DNA of 64,000 nt from Callorhinchus milii (taxonomy: Eukaryota). This document shows, piece by piece, positions 13,971 through 27,545 of the stretch. The stretch's first letter is position 1, and the number at the start of each line of letters is the position of its first letter. The notes beneath the pieces were generated by a model. It was not told the origin of the DNA, made no database searches, and was given only the letters and a program-made list of their open reading frames with translations. The position numbers and the translations under genes were made by a program. The stretch lies in assembly GCF_018977255.1 (NCBI RefSeq), contig NW_024704743.1:32924001-32988000 (forward strand). The letters run 5' to 3'.

Positions 13971-15329
13971 CTGTGTATCTGTTAACACAGCTTGCACTTA
14001 TAGCATCTTTCCCACAGGATGAAGCACTTCACAGAGACTATATGGAGCGTGAGCGGAAAGGAGAATTTAAGCAAGTGTTGAGCAAAGGTAATGTCAAGGT
14101 TATAATTTTTTAGGAGTTGACAAGTAGCAGGAAGCTTCCCAGACAAGGTTTCAATCTAAAGTTATGTGACTTAAACTCCAGCAGGTCCCCAACACATTCT
14201 CTGGGACGACTCTCGCCAAACTGTGCCTAATACTCTCCGGAATTAGGTAAGCAGGACGTGACCCTCCAGGAAACTTGAGTGCTTTGCATTTCAGACATGG
14301 GAAATTCCATCTGTAGATGACATAAATATACAGTCTGGCTTAAGTACATTGATGGGTTTCCGATTGTGTCAGACACTCAGCTGACCAGCAAAAAGCNTTT
14401 GCAGGGAGGAAAAGAATGAACATGGCGAAGGGGCTTGGGAAGAGAGTTTCAGAGAGTGGGTTAGGGAGAAGGGCACTGTATTAACATCACCTGGAATGCA
14501 GAGCTCTTTCTAACAACACCAACAACTTGCATTTATATAGAGCCCTTCACGCTGTACGGCATCATGGAGTACTTAAATTTAGCAGCATGACACTTGGGAA
14601 TACCCAGGGAACTGTTCTGTAGGTGGTTTAAATATAATTTCCCTGCAGCAGCCAAAATGTTTCCTAATATTCAGTCGACTCCTCCAGGATGGGAGGGAAT
14701 GTCACCAAGTTCACTGACACTGGAGCGGGATCCAGTTTACCACCCAGTCAGTGAGTCACTGCTTTGCAAGTGACAAGGCCCACAGCTCTATTCCCATGAT
14801 ACATCGAACACTTAAACTAATCTCCAAAACACTTAAATCTGTCAACATAATAACAGAGGGCCATTTGGACAACACAAGTACAGTTTATGTTTCTCCTGAG
14901 ACCAACTTATTTAAATAGCAAACCGGTTTCCTGAGCTAAATGGACCTTTGGCAGAATTTCTGCATTTAGAATGAAGTGCCTGATCCTGTCCTGAAGTCAA
15001 AGTAAGAAAGACCATCTCAGAGACTGAGACGTTAAACACACTGACTATGTGATCAAGGAGCAGAGCTAAGACAGAAGCCTCTCAGTGTACAGCTCAGACC
15101 AAAGAGCAATAGTTCATGCTGCCAGTGTAGAAATGTCCTGTCTGATGTCCTCAATGTTAAATTGAAGTACTGGTCTGTGCACATGTTTGAAGTTCATGAG
15201 CTAACAAACAGCGAATCTCCAGACCATAAAACTGAACTTTCACTCCTTTTAGAAATGTATTTACATTTCTGCTGTTTCAATTAACTCGACAAACCACAGT
15301 CCTTTGGGAACCACAATAACAATAGTAAT

Positions 15330-16485
15330 AATCCTTGCATTTGCTATGTTTGAAACATCTCAAAGTGCTTCCCAGAAATTAGTGCAAAGTGTAGTGATTA
15401 TATATTGTAAGCAAAGGTGGCAGCCAATTTACGCACAGCGATGTCATACAAACAGCCGTGAAGTGAACAACCAATTTTATTTGGGGCATTGTTGGGTAGG
15501 ACACTGAGAGAAACTCCCTTCTCTTTTTCTTGAGCCATGGGATCTTTAACATCTACTCAACAGGCAGACCAGATGTCAATTTAGCGTCTCATCCGAAGCA
15601 TGGCAAGAACTTTGAATTCACAGTCTAAGCTGAGACTCCAATGCAGTCCTGGTGGAGCAACTGTCAACAACAACAATAACAAATCATCCTGACCCAACTG
15701 TACAGTGCCTTGGGACGTCCTCCTGACGTGAAAGGCGCTTTATAAATGGAATCTTGTTGTTGTTGTTGTTGTAAAGTGCCTTTCACGTCAGGAGTATGCC
15801 CCGAGTCACTGGACTGTCAGGGATTTGGAGCTAAGCAGGGGGTTCGGATCAGGGAGGATGGAGTACAGGGAGGGTAGGGGTAGGAGGGTGGCTGAAGGCA
15901 CGGTCGAAGGAGATGGTCTTGAGATGTGCCTTGAAGAAGGTAAGGGAGAGAGTGAGGTGAAGGGACTGTGGGATGGAGTTCCAAAGGGTGAGGGCGGAGA
16001 AGCTAAAGATCTGACCGCTGATGGTGGGGCGGGCCGGGCGGGGGATGTGAAGCAGGCTGGAGCCTGCTAAGCGGTGGGAACGGACAGCAAGATATGCGGT
16101 TAGCAGGTCAGAGGTAGAAGGGACAAGGTCGAGGGTGGGGGTAATGGGGTCACGGAGCCTGGTGCAGGAGAGGACATGGGCCTCAACATTCAGGATGATC
16201 TGCAGCTTGTGGAGAGAAGAGTTAAGAAGGCCGACAAGCAGGGAGTTAGGAGTCTAGATGTGATAAATCTGTGGATGAGGGTCTTGGTAGCCTGAGGGGT
16301 GAGGCAGTGGCGGAGCTGCGCAATGTTGCGGAGGTGGGGGAAGGCACAGCGGGTCATGGCACAGATGAGGACTAGAAAGGACAGTTGCTCCACCAGGACT
16401 GTATTGGAGTCTCAGCTTAGACTGTGAATTCAAAGTTCTTGAGACTTGAACCTACAACATGATGACTCACAGGTGAGAGTATTAC
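15330..16485 (-). mobile_element. DeuSINE interrupted by a minus-strand L2 3' fragment (about 15666-16379) that itself contains a plus-strand L2 tail (about 15690-15772)
   Basis: DeuSINE halves at 15330-15604 and 16380-16485 with L2 ORF2 remnants (AFPHLRNIAQLRHCLTPQA) between them. Confidence 0.8.
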
Positions 16486-16943
16486 AACAACAACTTGCAT
16501 TTATATAGTGCCCCTCACATAGGGTAGCGTCCCAGAGGGTTTCCACACACCTAGCTACCTGCAAGATCCACTATTTACAAATCCTTTTTGCAAATGAGAC
16601 TCCAAATTGCTACCTCCCCCCTCACACCCCTGCATTGCAAGAACTGCCACCACGTCCAAGAAGTCTCTATTCTGTCAACAACCAGAACAGAACAAGAGAA
16701 ATCAAGGGAGCAATTCAATCATTCTCTCTATAAAGCAACACATGTTATTAATATATAATTATAAAATAAGTTACAAATCCAGTGTGAATGCTGTACTAAT
16801 GTTAAGCAGCGTGCTTGCTCCTGGAGCCAAGATACTAACAGTAAGTTTCTGTTACTGTTTATGCCTTATGGGTGGTTCATATTTTTTGCTTACACTTCTT
16901 CATTGGGATCTATAATTTCTAAGGAGATTTCTTAAAGAAACCT

Positions 16944-17251
16944 GAGTCCTGTAGCTCAGTGGTTAGAGCACTCGCTTTGCAAGCGAGAGACCTGAGTTCA
17001 ATTCCAGGCAGGTCAGGGCGAAACCTTGGGCAAGTTTCCTTACTCCACACAGAGCCTAATAATAATCCCTCCAAAACCAAAACCAATAATAAATTGGTCA
17101 TTTTCAATCTACGACTGTTTGTGGAACATTGCTGTGCGCAATTGGCTGCCGCGTTCGCCCACAAATATACAGTCAATTCACTTTACAGTGTGTTCTGTGA
17201 AGCGCTTTGGGACGTCCTCCCGACGTGAAAAGCGCTATATCAAATGCAAGG

Positions 17252-17291
<40 letters not shown>
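16944..17291 (+). mobile_element. Full-length young tRNA-derived SINE with a long (ATT)n tail
   Basis: Near-identical to 13214-13537. Confidence 0.92.
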
Positions 17292-17292
<1 letters not shown>

Positions 17293-19207
17293 GTCAATCA
17301 CATTGATTCACAAGTCACTAACACTTTGAGATGTCCTCCTAACATGAATGTAAATTGTGTTGTAAGAATGCTGCTTTGATTCTTTGAAGTATGTTAGTGG
17401 TGTTACTTGTTTGGGTCACTGTAGTAATCCTTGCATTTGATATAGAGCCTTATTGGGTCTTCTAGACATTTCATAGACTCCCTCATATGATAAAGGATAG
17501 GAAATCGCTGCACATTGAATACTCCCCCTTTAAAGAAAATATTACCATCTGGACTTATCCCTAGCAGCAGGACTTATAGGGATAAAATCTGGGAAAAAAA
17601 TTAAATTATACATAATAATACTCGTTGCATTTGATTTAATGCCTTATCAGAGCGCTTCAAAGTTTTTCTGTGAATTGTAGTGACTGTATATTTGTAGGCA
17701 ATTCCTGCAGACAATTTGCACACAGCAATGTTCAACAGACAGCAATATCCACACAACAAACACAGTAATCTGTGCAGGGACCTCATGACTGCACCAGATT
17801 TGCCAGTGTAAGGCAGGTCCTGGCTGTGAACCTGTGTGTGTATGTGTGGCTACATCGCCATCCCGTGGCAATATTAGGTCAGAACATTTGAAGAAATGGG
17901 TGAATCTATAATTATTATACCTTACCATGGAAAGCAACACCCAGAGGTAGCTGTTAGGTGAATAGATTTTTTTAAAAAAAAGTATTACCCTTTGAATGAA
18001 ACACCACCCACACACAATTCTGACTAAACTTCACTGTACAAAGAATGCATCAGTTAAAATCTAACCCTTTAAAACAAAATCTAAAAACATGCTCCACAGG
18101 CCGTCTGTGCACATCTCAGTTTACGCTAGCATCTCTCTCATCTGTGTGACATTACGCATATGAAAGGCACAGATGGAAGTGTTCTTTAAATTACTGGGCA
18201 AAAAATTGCTCTATACATATTAAAGATACATTTACAAAGGAAACATCTTCAGAAACTCTCAAAAGATGTACACGAGTTTTTAAAAAAATCTTATTTCAAG
18301 AAAATTCAGGAGGATCTGGAGTTGGGATGGGGATGGGGGAATGCCACTTACATCTTACTTAACAATGAATGAAATCAATCATTAGAAGCAGAATGGTTGA
18401 TTTGTATTAAACTAATCAAATAAATGACAACCAGCACGGTTTCAGAAGGGGTAGATGTCAGCTGACCAACAGCAACAACTATTTCAATTCATTTTTTCTG
18501 TAAATTATTTTAAGAACTACAGAAAATTGACTTTGAAGTTAAAACTGAATTCAACAATTTGCCACATTCCTCACTCAAAATTTTTACATAAACAACGTAA
18601 ATCTATGTCCAGGTGGAATTTCTCCCTTTAGTAGATTTGGAACTGGTCCCTCATAGCCTCACCCCCCAGCCTTTACGACCTCCTGCACTCCTACCACCCA
18701 TTGCTCCCTTCGCTCAGCAAACCTCCAGTCTGCTTCATGTCCACCCCCACTATCAGTAACTGGGCATTTCAGCCATTCTGCTCCCTCTCTGGAACTCTCT
18801 CCTGGAGTTCCTCCACACATCGCTTCAATCCCACCTTGAAAGCTTGCCTAAAGAACTTCCTTTTCGACTATGTTTTGGGTTACCTTTCCCCATCTTCCTC
18901 AGCTCCCCCCATCCCCCAGCTCGGGCTCCCAGTTGTCTCGGTGAAGGGCTTTGAGACGTCCTCCTGATGTGAAAAGCATTATATAAATGTAAAATTGCTG
19001 TTATTAAGGGAAAGGGAGTAGAGGGTACTTGTTTGGATAGTTTCTAGGTTGAATGGGATCAGTATTCAGTTGGGTGTCTCAATTCAATCATTCTCTGTAT
19101 AAAGCACAAATATTTTATGTAATTATAAAATAACAAGATTACATTTGTATAAATGGTCTGTGCTCAGTTATATACCTAAAATATAATAATAATCTTTGCA
19201 TTCTTGT

Positions 19208-19655
19208 GGAGTCCTGTAGCTCAGTGGTTAGAGCACCCGCCTTGCAAGCGAGAGACCTGAGTTCAATTCCAGGCAGGTCAGGGCGAAACCTTGGGCAAGT
19301 TTCCTTACTCCACACGCCTAATAATAATCCCTCCAAAAGAAAGCAATAATAAATTGGTCATTTTCAATCCACGACTATTTGTGGGACACTGCTGTGCGCA
19401 ATTGGCTGCTGCGTTTCGCCCACAAATATACGGTTAATTCACTTTACAGTCTATTCTGTGAAGTGCTTTGAGATGTCTAGAAGACTTGAAAAGCGCTATA
19501 TCAAATGCAAGGATTATTGTTATTATTATTATTGCATTTGATATAGTGCCTTATCACATCTTTGAGACATCTCAAAATGCTTCACAGAATATACTGTAAA
19601 ATGAATTGACTGTATTGTTTGGGGCAAAATGTGGCAGCCAATTGTGCACATCAGT
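19208..19655 (+). mobile_element. Full-length SINE (19208-19530) joined tail-to-tail to an inverted SINE 3' fragment
   Basis: Same family as above; the inverted tail starts at about 19531. Confidence 0.88.
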
Positions 19656-22354
19656 GTACCGCAAACTGTCATTTTTATATAGTATATATATATCAAATGC
19701 AAGGTTATTATTACCAAACTCAATCTTGTGCAGGTTTAAACCATGTCCAAATTAAAGCCAAAAATTAAACCAGACATTTTCAGTGGCCCAAAACTCAACT
19801 TTAGCAGAAATAATTAGAGAAGAGCAGCCAAATGGACGTGGGCAGCCTTCCAGTGCTATACCAAACTGATCTTATGAAAGTCAATGGAAGCAAATTAAAT
19901 TAAGCTGAAATAAACCTAAAAGCCAAAATTGTTAACAGACCTCTCTAAAAGACAGTAGTTAAAAAGAGGAGTGGTGAAGAAAAAGAAAGTAATTGCATGT
20001 ATTATAGTGAGATTCTTTTCCAGGACACTGGGAGAAACTCGTTTGTCTTTTCGAAATAGTGCCATGGGACAGGCAGATGGAGTTCAGTTGAACGTCGCAT
20101 CCCAACAACAGCACTGTTTATGGGACACTGCTGTGCGCAATTAGCTGCCATGTTTCCTCCACAAAATATAGTCTTCTCCAATGGTTACGGCAATGGGAGG
20201 AGATATCATCGCTCCTCTGCGGGGCAGGAAGGTATTTCATCTCTTAAACCAGACAAAACGTCTGTCCCACATGTGTCCGGTTTTCACTGTGTGTGCGATT
20301 TTTAATGGGATTGAGAAAGTAAACCCAACCCAGAACAATACTGTTGGATGCATTGAGACAGCAGAACAAGAACACAGGTTTAGATGCAAAAGGCAATGTC
20401 TAGACAAACACCAGGAAGCATTTATATACCCAATTAACGACTGGTTGGGGGAATGGATGGTAGGATGGGTAGAAATCTGAGATCAAATGGATCAAAATGC
20501 CTTCTTCATTTGAATCTCTCCTGTGTAGGTTAGAACAGCACGCTTACAGAGGAGGGAGCCTCTGATGTGATTATAGTATAATCAAGGATAAATTGCACCA
20601 TAAAGTGAAATGGTTATCCACAAAGCCTGCAGGACTGGTAGGACAAGATGCGAGAGACATTTCCTTGCTCTCAAACACAACCTCCTCTGTTGGAGGGGAA
20701 TAACATTTGACTTACAACTTACACAATGTAGACATAGGAACAGATACAAACAAGTTCACAGACATGCATTAATTATCATATTTTAGTTATTTCTGCTGTA
20801 ATTTTCTGATCCCAGGCATAATTAGAACCACATTCAGCTCAGGCTGATAATCTCCAGTGACTCCACTTTATAAGCTTCTGTTACTCCTTAGGGCACAAGA
20901 CATTCTGCAGGAGCTGCAGATTGTAGCCTTAGATCATGTGTAGGAATTAAAGTGGGATGGCATTACGATAGTGTTCCTATGCTAGTAGATGCAGTGAGGA
21001 CATTTTCCAATGTATAGTATCAAGAACTTGCTTTTCTTTTGGTGGCTTCATCAAGCGAGCACATTTCAAAGTGTTTCACAATTAACTCCCGTCAAATACA
21101 GTGACTGTATGCGCAGGCAAATGCAACATTTTTCATTACAAACAGCCACGAGGTGAGTGATCAGTTGCAATATGGAGGATTGTCGAGGAACAGAGGACTG
21201 AGAAAGAAATGCAGGGGAAATTTCATATATTGGATGATTAGCAGAAGAAGGTTGCCTATAATTTTCACTCCAAACTATAGAACATCTCCAAAGGATAAAT
21301 CTTTTTTTTTGGCATTTTGAATAAACAGTGAATTTACCCTCATGGTTTGATACTGTATATAGTCCAACAAACCTAATGCTTAATTCTGCCCTTGAGCTAC
21401 ATGCTGGGGCTTCAGGCAACACATTTGGGGGGCTATTATGCTCTTTGTGTAAACACAGTTATATTATGCACTACGTGTCAATGAAGGGTTCAAAATTACA
21501 TCTGGTCTTTTACTGCAAGACAATTTTATCTTAAAATGTAACATTTGGCAGAATTGTGGAAATCGTTAAATTCAGACTTAAGCCAATGTGTCCTCAATTC
21601 TTAAATAAAACCATCTTCTGGATTAAGACATTTCCACAGTTAAACTGAGAGACAAAGTAGTCTTTGAAGCTTAGAATAAGTGGAAGGTTTTCAGCATTTG
21701 TCTTTTTTAATGTGTGTTCCTCAGAAACAAAGGGGAGACATTTTCTGCCAGTCACTGGTCTGAAAGGCATTTGACAATAAAGAGTCCAGGAGCCGGATGT
21801 TTCTCTGTAGGATGGTGACCAGAGCTACAATATTTTAAGCATTATCTTAAATACTTTGGGACCAGACCATCATACAGTTAAACAACCTAGAATTTTGGAT
21901 TATGAGTTTCAAATATATAAATAATGGCCATCAGAGTTGTTTTATTATCTATGAAATAAATCCATGGACTATACAGACGTGATGATAAAAGATGGCCTCC
22001 ATCTATGATGTACAGTGTAGAATAATAATCCTTGTATTTGATAAGCAACTTTCATGTTGGGATGATGTCTCAAAGTACTCAACAGGATTTACTGTAAAGT
22101 GTAGTGACTTTACTTCATAGGTGATCATCTACACAGTGCATGCTTTGTGTCTGTGGAACTTATAGCAATGACCTCAGTCATTTCTGGGTCAGAAAACCTG
22201 CAGAAGAAATAAGAGAAATAACCTTTACTTGGTTTTGAACGTCGTGACTGAACGTTCTGACTTTGGATCCTCTCATCATTGTGCAGAGCAAAGGAACAGA
22301 GGATGGTTTCTTGTGACTGAATAGCAAGGCAAAGACAAACGTAGAATCATTCTC

Positions 22355-22360
22355 TTTATT
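22355..22360 (-). terminator. Probable CARMIL1 polyadenylation signal AATAAA (3' UTR about 22335-23421)
   Basis: AATAAA on the minus strand followed by a U/GU-rich tract (tttgtctttgcc), about 1.07 kb past the stop codon, at the end of a stretch with no recognisable retroposons. Confidence 0.55.
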
Positions 22361-23421
22361 GGTACAAATATATACATGAAGAAATCCCCTCTACATTTCA
22401 ACTAACCTACAGAAAGCAAATATATGCCACTGGGGGGCTGGGGGGGGGGGGGGGGGGGGAGAGAAAGAGGAAGGCATAGCGATTCAAACAATTTCAGATG
22501 TAAAAGTGGGTAGATTGAACAAATCATCAGATATCATTAAATATAATGCAAAGATGATTGAAAAAAAAACTCCTTATTCCAAACAGCCTTTTCACATTAT
22601 AACTTTAAACGTTACACTCACCAAACCCACATTTTCATCTTGTTCATTGTGCTTGTGGCAATGCTCATGGAAAATGAGTGAACAACCCTATCTGTACATT
22701 GAGAGATCAAACCCCACCCCCCAACAGAAGCATTAAAAACCCTTATCCAAGTTCCCCGTTATATTTATAATAAATTATACAAATTAGTTTCATTAGTGTG
22801 CTCAGTCGTTACTTTGCAGGATTGTATACAGGATTATATCTCACGTGCACATTTTATACACACGCGCACGCACACACATACACACACACCCCACCCACAC
22901 ACACACACGTGCACACATATACAGCAGTTAGACCATAGCCTGCTGTTTATAAGGTGGAAGCAGACCCCTAAAAGATTTCCAGTTCAGATTGCTTGGCTTA
23001 ATAGATCCTTGTACCACATGTGTATCTCATCTCTCACAGCTCCTTTACACAATTCAAGTAAATGAGAAAAAAAATGCTGGCATTTGCTAACATGAATGTT
23101 TACTTTCATTTGGGAATGGTCAAGGGAAGAGAGGTAGTGAAGAAGGAAAACATTTGCAGATGAAAATAAAGGCAAAAAAGCAGAGGGAATCGCTTATAGG
23201 CAGGAAATAAAAATCACAGTCTAAACAAACAAAAAAGGTTTTTTTAAAAATCTTGCTCATTGGCTTGAAAGATGGGTATCTAGGTGCAGCTTACAAAGTT
23301 TAAAAAGTATTAATAGAATGATTGGCTGGTGAATAGAAACAGATCAGATAGTCTTTACACCCCGATTACTTGAGATCCCTGTCTGTGCTCCTGTGCTGTG
23401 CAACCAGCCCACACAAACATG

Positions 23422-23630
23422 CTATACAAATATGTAATCCTTATCTCCTTCCTCTCCAGAGTCACTGGATTTGCTCTCATTCTTGCCCTCAGTCTTTGAT
23501 CGCTGTCGGATTCTCCCGGCTGCTTTTCCCTTTGCGACCATCTCCTGACTCTCTGATGTCCTGCCTGCTTTGCTCTCCTCAGGATGTGGGCTGCGTTTGG
23601 GAGACGACTCCGACAAAGAGATTGAGCGTA
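23422..23630 (-). CDS. CARMIL1: CARMIL1 canonical terminal coding exon ending SKSSDSGEEGDKDYIFV*
   Basis: Acceptor gacag (phase 1), TAG at 23422-23424. C-terminus matches human 'SKSNDSGEEAEKEFIFV' (from memory). Confidence 0.92.
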
Positions 23631-24844
23631 CTGTCGAGTTTGAAATCAGAACACACAAAAGATTACTTCACATAATATACCCAGGTTAGGCTACAAAACA
23701 ACAGCACAACAATTATTAAATTAGTAAAAATATTGCGAGCTTGACAGTTCTTTGCAGCATCAAATTACTGCCACTTAACGATCACAGATACAGAAGTACA
23801 TTTTTCTTTCTACTGAAACTCAGTCTTAATATGAACCGAAGAATACAAGTGTTGGATTATAGCTTAGGCAAGGTCTACTTTCTGGACGAAACAAAATGAG
23901 AAATAGTTCATAGAGAATCATCACACCAAGGTTTTAGTCTAGACGCCAGAGGCAGTTTTCTCCTGAACTATTTGAAGGTTTTAGATATAGTCATGTCCCA
24001 TCATGCAGTGAAATGAAACCCCATCAAAATGTGAGCATTTACAAGCAGCGAGCAATATCCATCACCATCAGTCAGAATTTTGAACCTGGGCTTTTCTACC
24101 TTCATGCAGGTTGTTAGGGATCTTACACTAGCAACTGAGGAGCATTAATAGTGCATATTTAGTACAAATTCTCCCAGACTATTGTAAGCAAAATCACAGG
24201 CCAACAGCAGAGCCAACACTGAAGAGTCACAAACGGTACAACTCGAAGTGTTGGAGAAATCTACAAGTTGACCAATCACTTTGCTGATGTGTAACAATCA
24301 GTTCGCTTATGGACAACATTCAACAGAAATGACCAGGATATAACACAATTATTCTCTTTTCAGGAGTGGTGGTGCCTCCAATATGACAGATTAACAAAAA
24401 ATGTGCAGCACAGAAACAGGCCATTTAGCCCAACCAGCCCATGCCATTCCATAGCCAGGATAATTCCTTTCCCCCATTTTGAGTGGACTGAGGCGAGACA
24501 TTGGCCAATTTCCCGCTCTGTACAGAAGCCCATTTCCACCACTTACTGGGTTACTCCTGTGAGTTTGCCAGATTGGAAAATTGTCACATCATGGGTTAGA
24601 GCTTGTATCCCAGCATGACACAGGTTACATACAGTAAGTAAGTAACCTTATTCTACAACTGTATATTAAGGTTAGTTTGCCAAGTAGAGCCTTTTTCACT
24701 CTTCAAATTGAGGGCATCCTTCACACACACACAACATTGAGGTTCACACTAGTAGTAAAACATTGGGGAAATCCCAAAGAACCAATCTTCCTTTAAAACA
24801 ATTTCAAGATTAACTTAAGGAAACAGCTCTCATTGCTGCTTATA

Positions 24845-26170
24845 GCAACAGCCCTGGTCGAAGTCACTAATCAAATTCTGAACATCTGTGATCAGGGCTC
24901 CCTCTGCCTCCTTGTCCTCCTCGATCTCTCTGCCGCCTTCGACACTATCGACCACTCCATCCTCATACACCGCCTCTACGCTTTACTTAATCTTCGCAGA
25001 CCTGCCCTTGCTTGGTTAGATTCCTATCTCTCTCACCGTCTCCACTTTGTTGCCTCCAACGGTTTCTCCTCCATCCCCCGCACTGTCACGTCTGGCGTCC
25101 CCCAGGGCTCTGTCCTTGGCCCCCTCCTCTTTAATATCTATATGCTCCTCCTTGGTGACATCATCCGCAGACATGGGGTCAACTTCCACATGCATACGGA
25201 TGACACCCAACTCTATCTTTCTGCTTCCACCCTCAACTCCAGAACCACCGCTGTCCTGACAGACTGTCTCTCGGACATCAAGTCCTGGATGAGGGCAAAT
25301 TTCCTACAGTTGAATGTGAACAAGACTGAGACCCTCCTGATTGGCTCGCGCCAGCGCCTCTGCACCTCAGGCTCTGGTAGCATCAACCTCCATGTTGCAC
25401 ACTTCAACTCACCAAGCCATCAGGAACCTAGGTGTCTTGTTCGAACCTCAACTGTCTTTTCTTCCCCACATTCAAGCCATGACCCGCTTTGCCTTCCCTC
25501 ACCTCCGTAACATCGCCCGACTCCGCCACTACCTCACTCCTTAGGCCTCTGAAACTCTTGTTCATGCCTTCATCACCTCCAGGTTCGACTATGCAAATGC
25601 CCTGCTTGTCAGCCTTCCCAACTCCTCCCTCCACAGGCTGCAGATAATCCAGAACTCTGCAGCCCGTGTCCTCTCCCGCACCAAACTCTGTGACCCCATC
25701 TCCCCCATTCTCGCCCGACTCCAATGGCTCCCTATCCTTCGGAGGATCCAGTTCAAGATCCTGGTCCTCACCTACAAAGCCCTCCATGGCCTCGCCCCAC
25801 CCTACCTCTGCGACCTCCTAACCCCCTACCAACCTGCCCGTTCCCTCCGCTCAGCCGGCTCTGGCCTGCTCCACGTCCCCTGACCCACCCGCCCCACCAT
25901 TGGCGGGAGAGCCTTCAGCCACTCTGTCCCCAACCTCTGGAAGTCCATCCCCCAGTCACTCTGCCTCGCCCCCTCCTTAGCCTCCTTAGTCTCCTTCAAG
26001 TCCCGCCTCAAGACCCTCCTCTTCAACCATGCCATCAGCCACCCCCCTTCCCCTCCCCTCCCTTCCCCTCCCGACCTCAGCTTGGGTCTGAAATGCTATA
26101 CTCTGTCCAGCGCCTTGAGACGTCCTCCCGACGTGAAAGGCACTATACAAATGTAATCTTCTTGTTGCTT
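24845..26170 (+). mobile_element. 5'-truncated L2 LINE with a degenerate reverse transcriptase
   Basis: LLDLSAAFDTIDH, SGVPQGSVLGPLLFNIY, catalytic YADD changed to HTDD, frameshift near 25405, stop near 25542, intact tail. Confidence 0.95.
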
Positions 26171-27285
26171 CTGCTGCAGATATGGTGGAGTCTTAATGAT
26201 CCTTCAAGCAGTTTTTAATCCTTGCTTAATCTGTAAAGGCCTGTAGAGATGGACAGAAGGGGGCCTGATATGTGGAGGATGCTTTTGATTCAAAGAATAA
26301 TGACCACCCGACCAAGTAGATAGCTTAATTCCTTCTTTGTTCTTTATTGTCTAATAACCGAATGGTATTATCCAAGTCGTTTCTTCTGAACCAATCTGAA
26401 TTTAGTGTATGTAGGACACAGCACTCAGTGAACATGGTTACATGGCGATCACAAAGAGAGCAAATTCAATGAAGGCTAAAATTGTGGTGTATTAAGTAAA
26501 TATAGATATACCTTACACCGATCACCAAAATCCTGATGTTGTTGAACCATAAGTTAATGAAGCAAGCCATTGACGGGCTGTTATCAAAGCAAAGCATTCA
26601 AGATGTAGTATCCCTCCGCTGCAGCATCTTAGGAGTTTATTCTTCGCAAACGGGTTGCAATCATTTTGTTTCTATACTGACTTTTAAAAAGGGCAATTTG
26701 AATCCAGTTCAATGAAAGTCACACTTTTAACTGAGCCCAAATCACACGTTGTCTCTAGGAATCATGCAGATATGTTCTTGGATTGGGATACTACAGCCTT
26801 TTATTGCAAGTTAGCAAGTTTATCTCAAAGCATGGAAGTGGCACCAGCAAACCTATCAAATAGCAATCAGACAGGCTTGTTCTGTGGCCTTGCCACTCCT
26901 AGCTGTGGTTGCTTTATGTTCAGTTTATACAGTCCTTGGAAACCCAAGTACTTCCCATTTCAGTGAATAATAGGTTTGAAAATGGTATTGCAAGTGCCTT
27001 TGACCAAATTCCTCCAGATCTGTAGTCTGATAATCAACAGCGACCAAACCTTATGAACCATGTGAAGAATTATCCATTTGGAATACTCACAAAGTTGCAA
27101 TTTAAAAAACTTGGAAAGATTTGGTTGTGCATTTTGGTGGGAGAGGGTTACATTTTCCAATTTCCAATTCAGATAAATATTTTGTTTATTCTTGTTAATT
27201 CACAAGATGAGCCACAGATGGGGATTTTGTGTGAAACCACTGCCAGTAACAGAACTTTACATTGTGAGTTGAGCTATTGGAACTC

Positions 27286-27545
27286 TTAGAAGGATTTACA
27301 CCCATATAATTTCATATGGATGTTTTCAAACAGTTTTGCTGGTGTCACATACTCAACCATATGCACTTCAGGAAGGCAAAAATTCTGACCATTCTTTAGC
27401 TGTGATTTCTTGCGCTCGATCTCGCCTGTATCATCCACTGCACCAGTTGATGACTGCCTCAGTGTTCTTTTGAACATATGTGCTCCACTGCTTGGCATTT
27501 CAAAATCATGATCTGTACCAGCTCTACTATCAGCTCCAAATAGCT
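27286..27545 (-). CDS. CARMIL1: Putative alternative terminal exon of CARMIL1: (E)LFGADSRAGTDHDFEMPSS...NGQNFCLPEVHMVEYVTPAKLFENIHMKLYGCKSF*
   Basis: Acceptor tttttctcggtag whose phase 1 matches the donor at 31672; 85 further sense codons, then TAA; AATAAA at 27185-27190. Confidence 0.65.

Noticed and set aside
24833..25510. 225-aa reverse transcriptase ORF as a functional or domesticated RT
   Set aside because: It is 5'-truncated, has a mutated catalytic motif (HTDD), and is followed by a frameshift and a stop.
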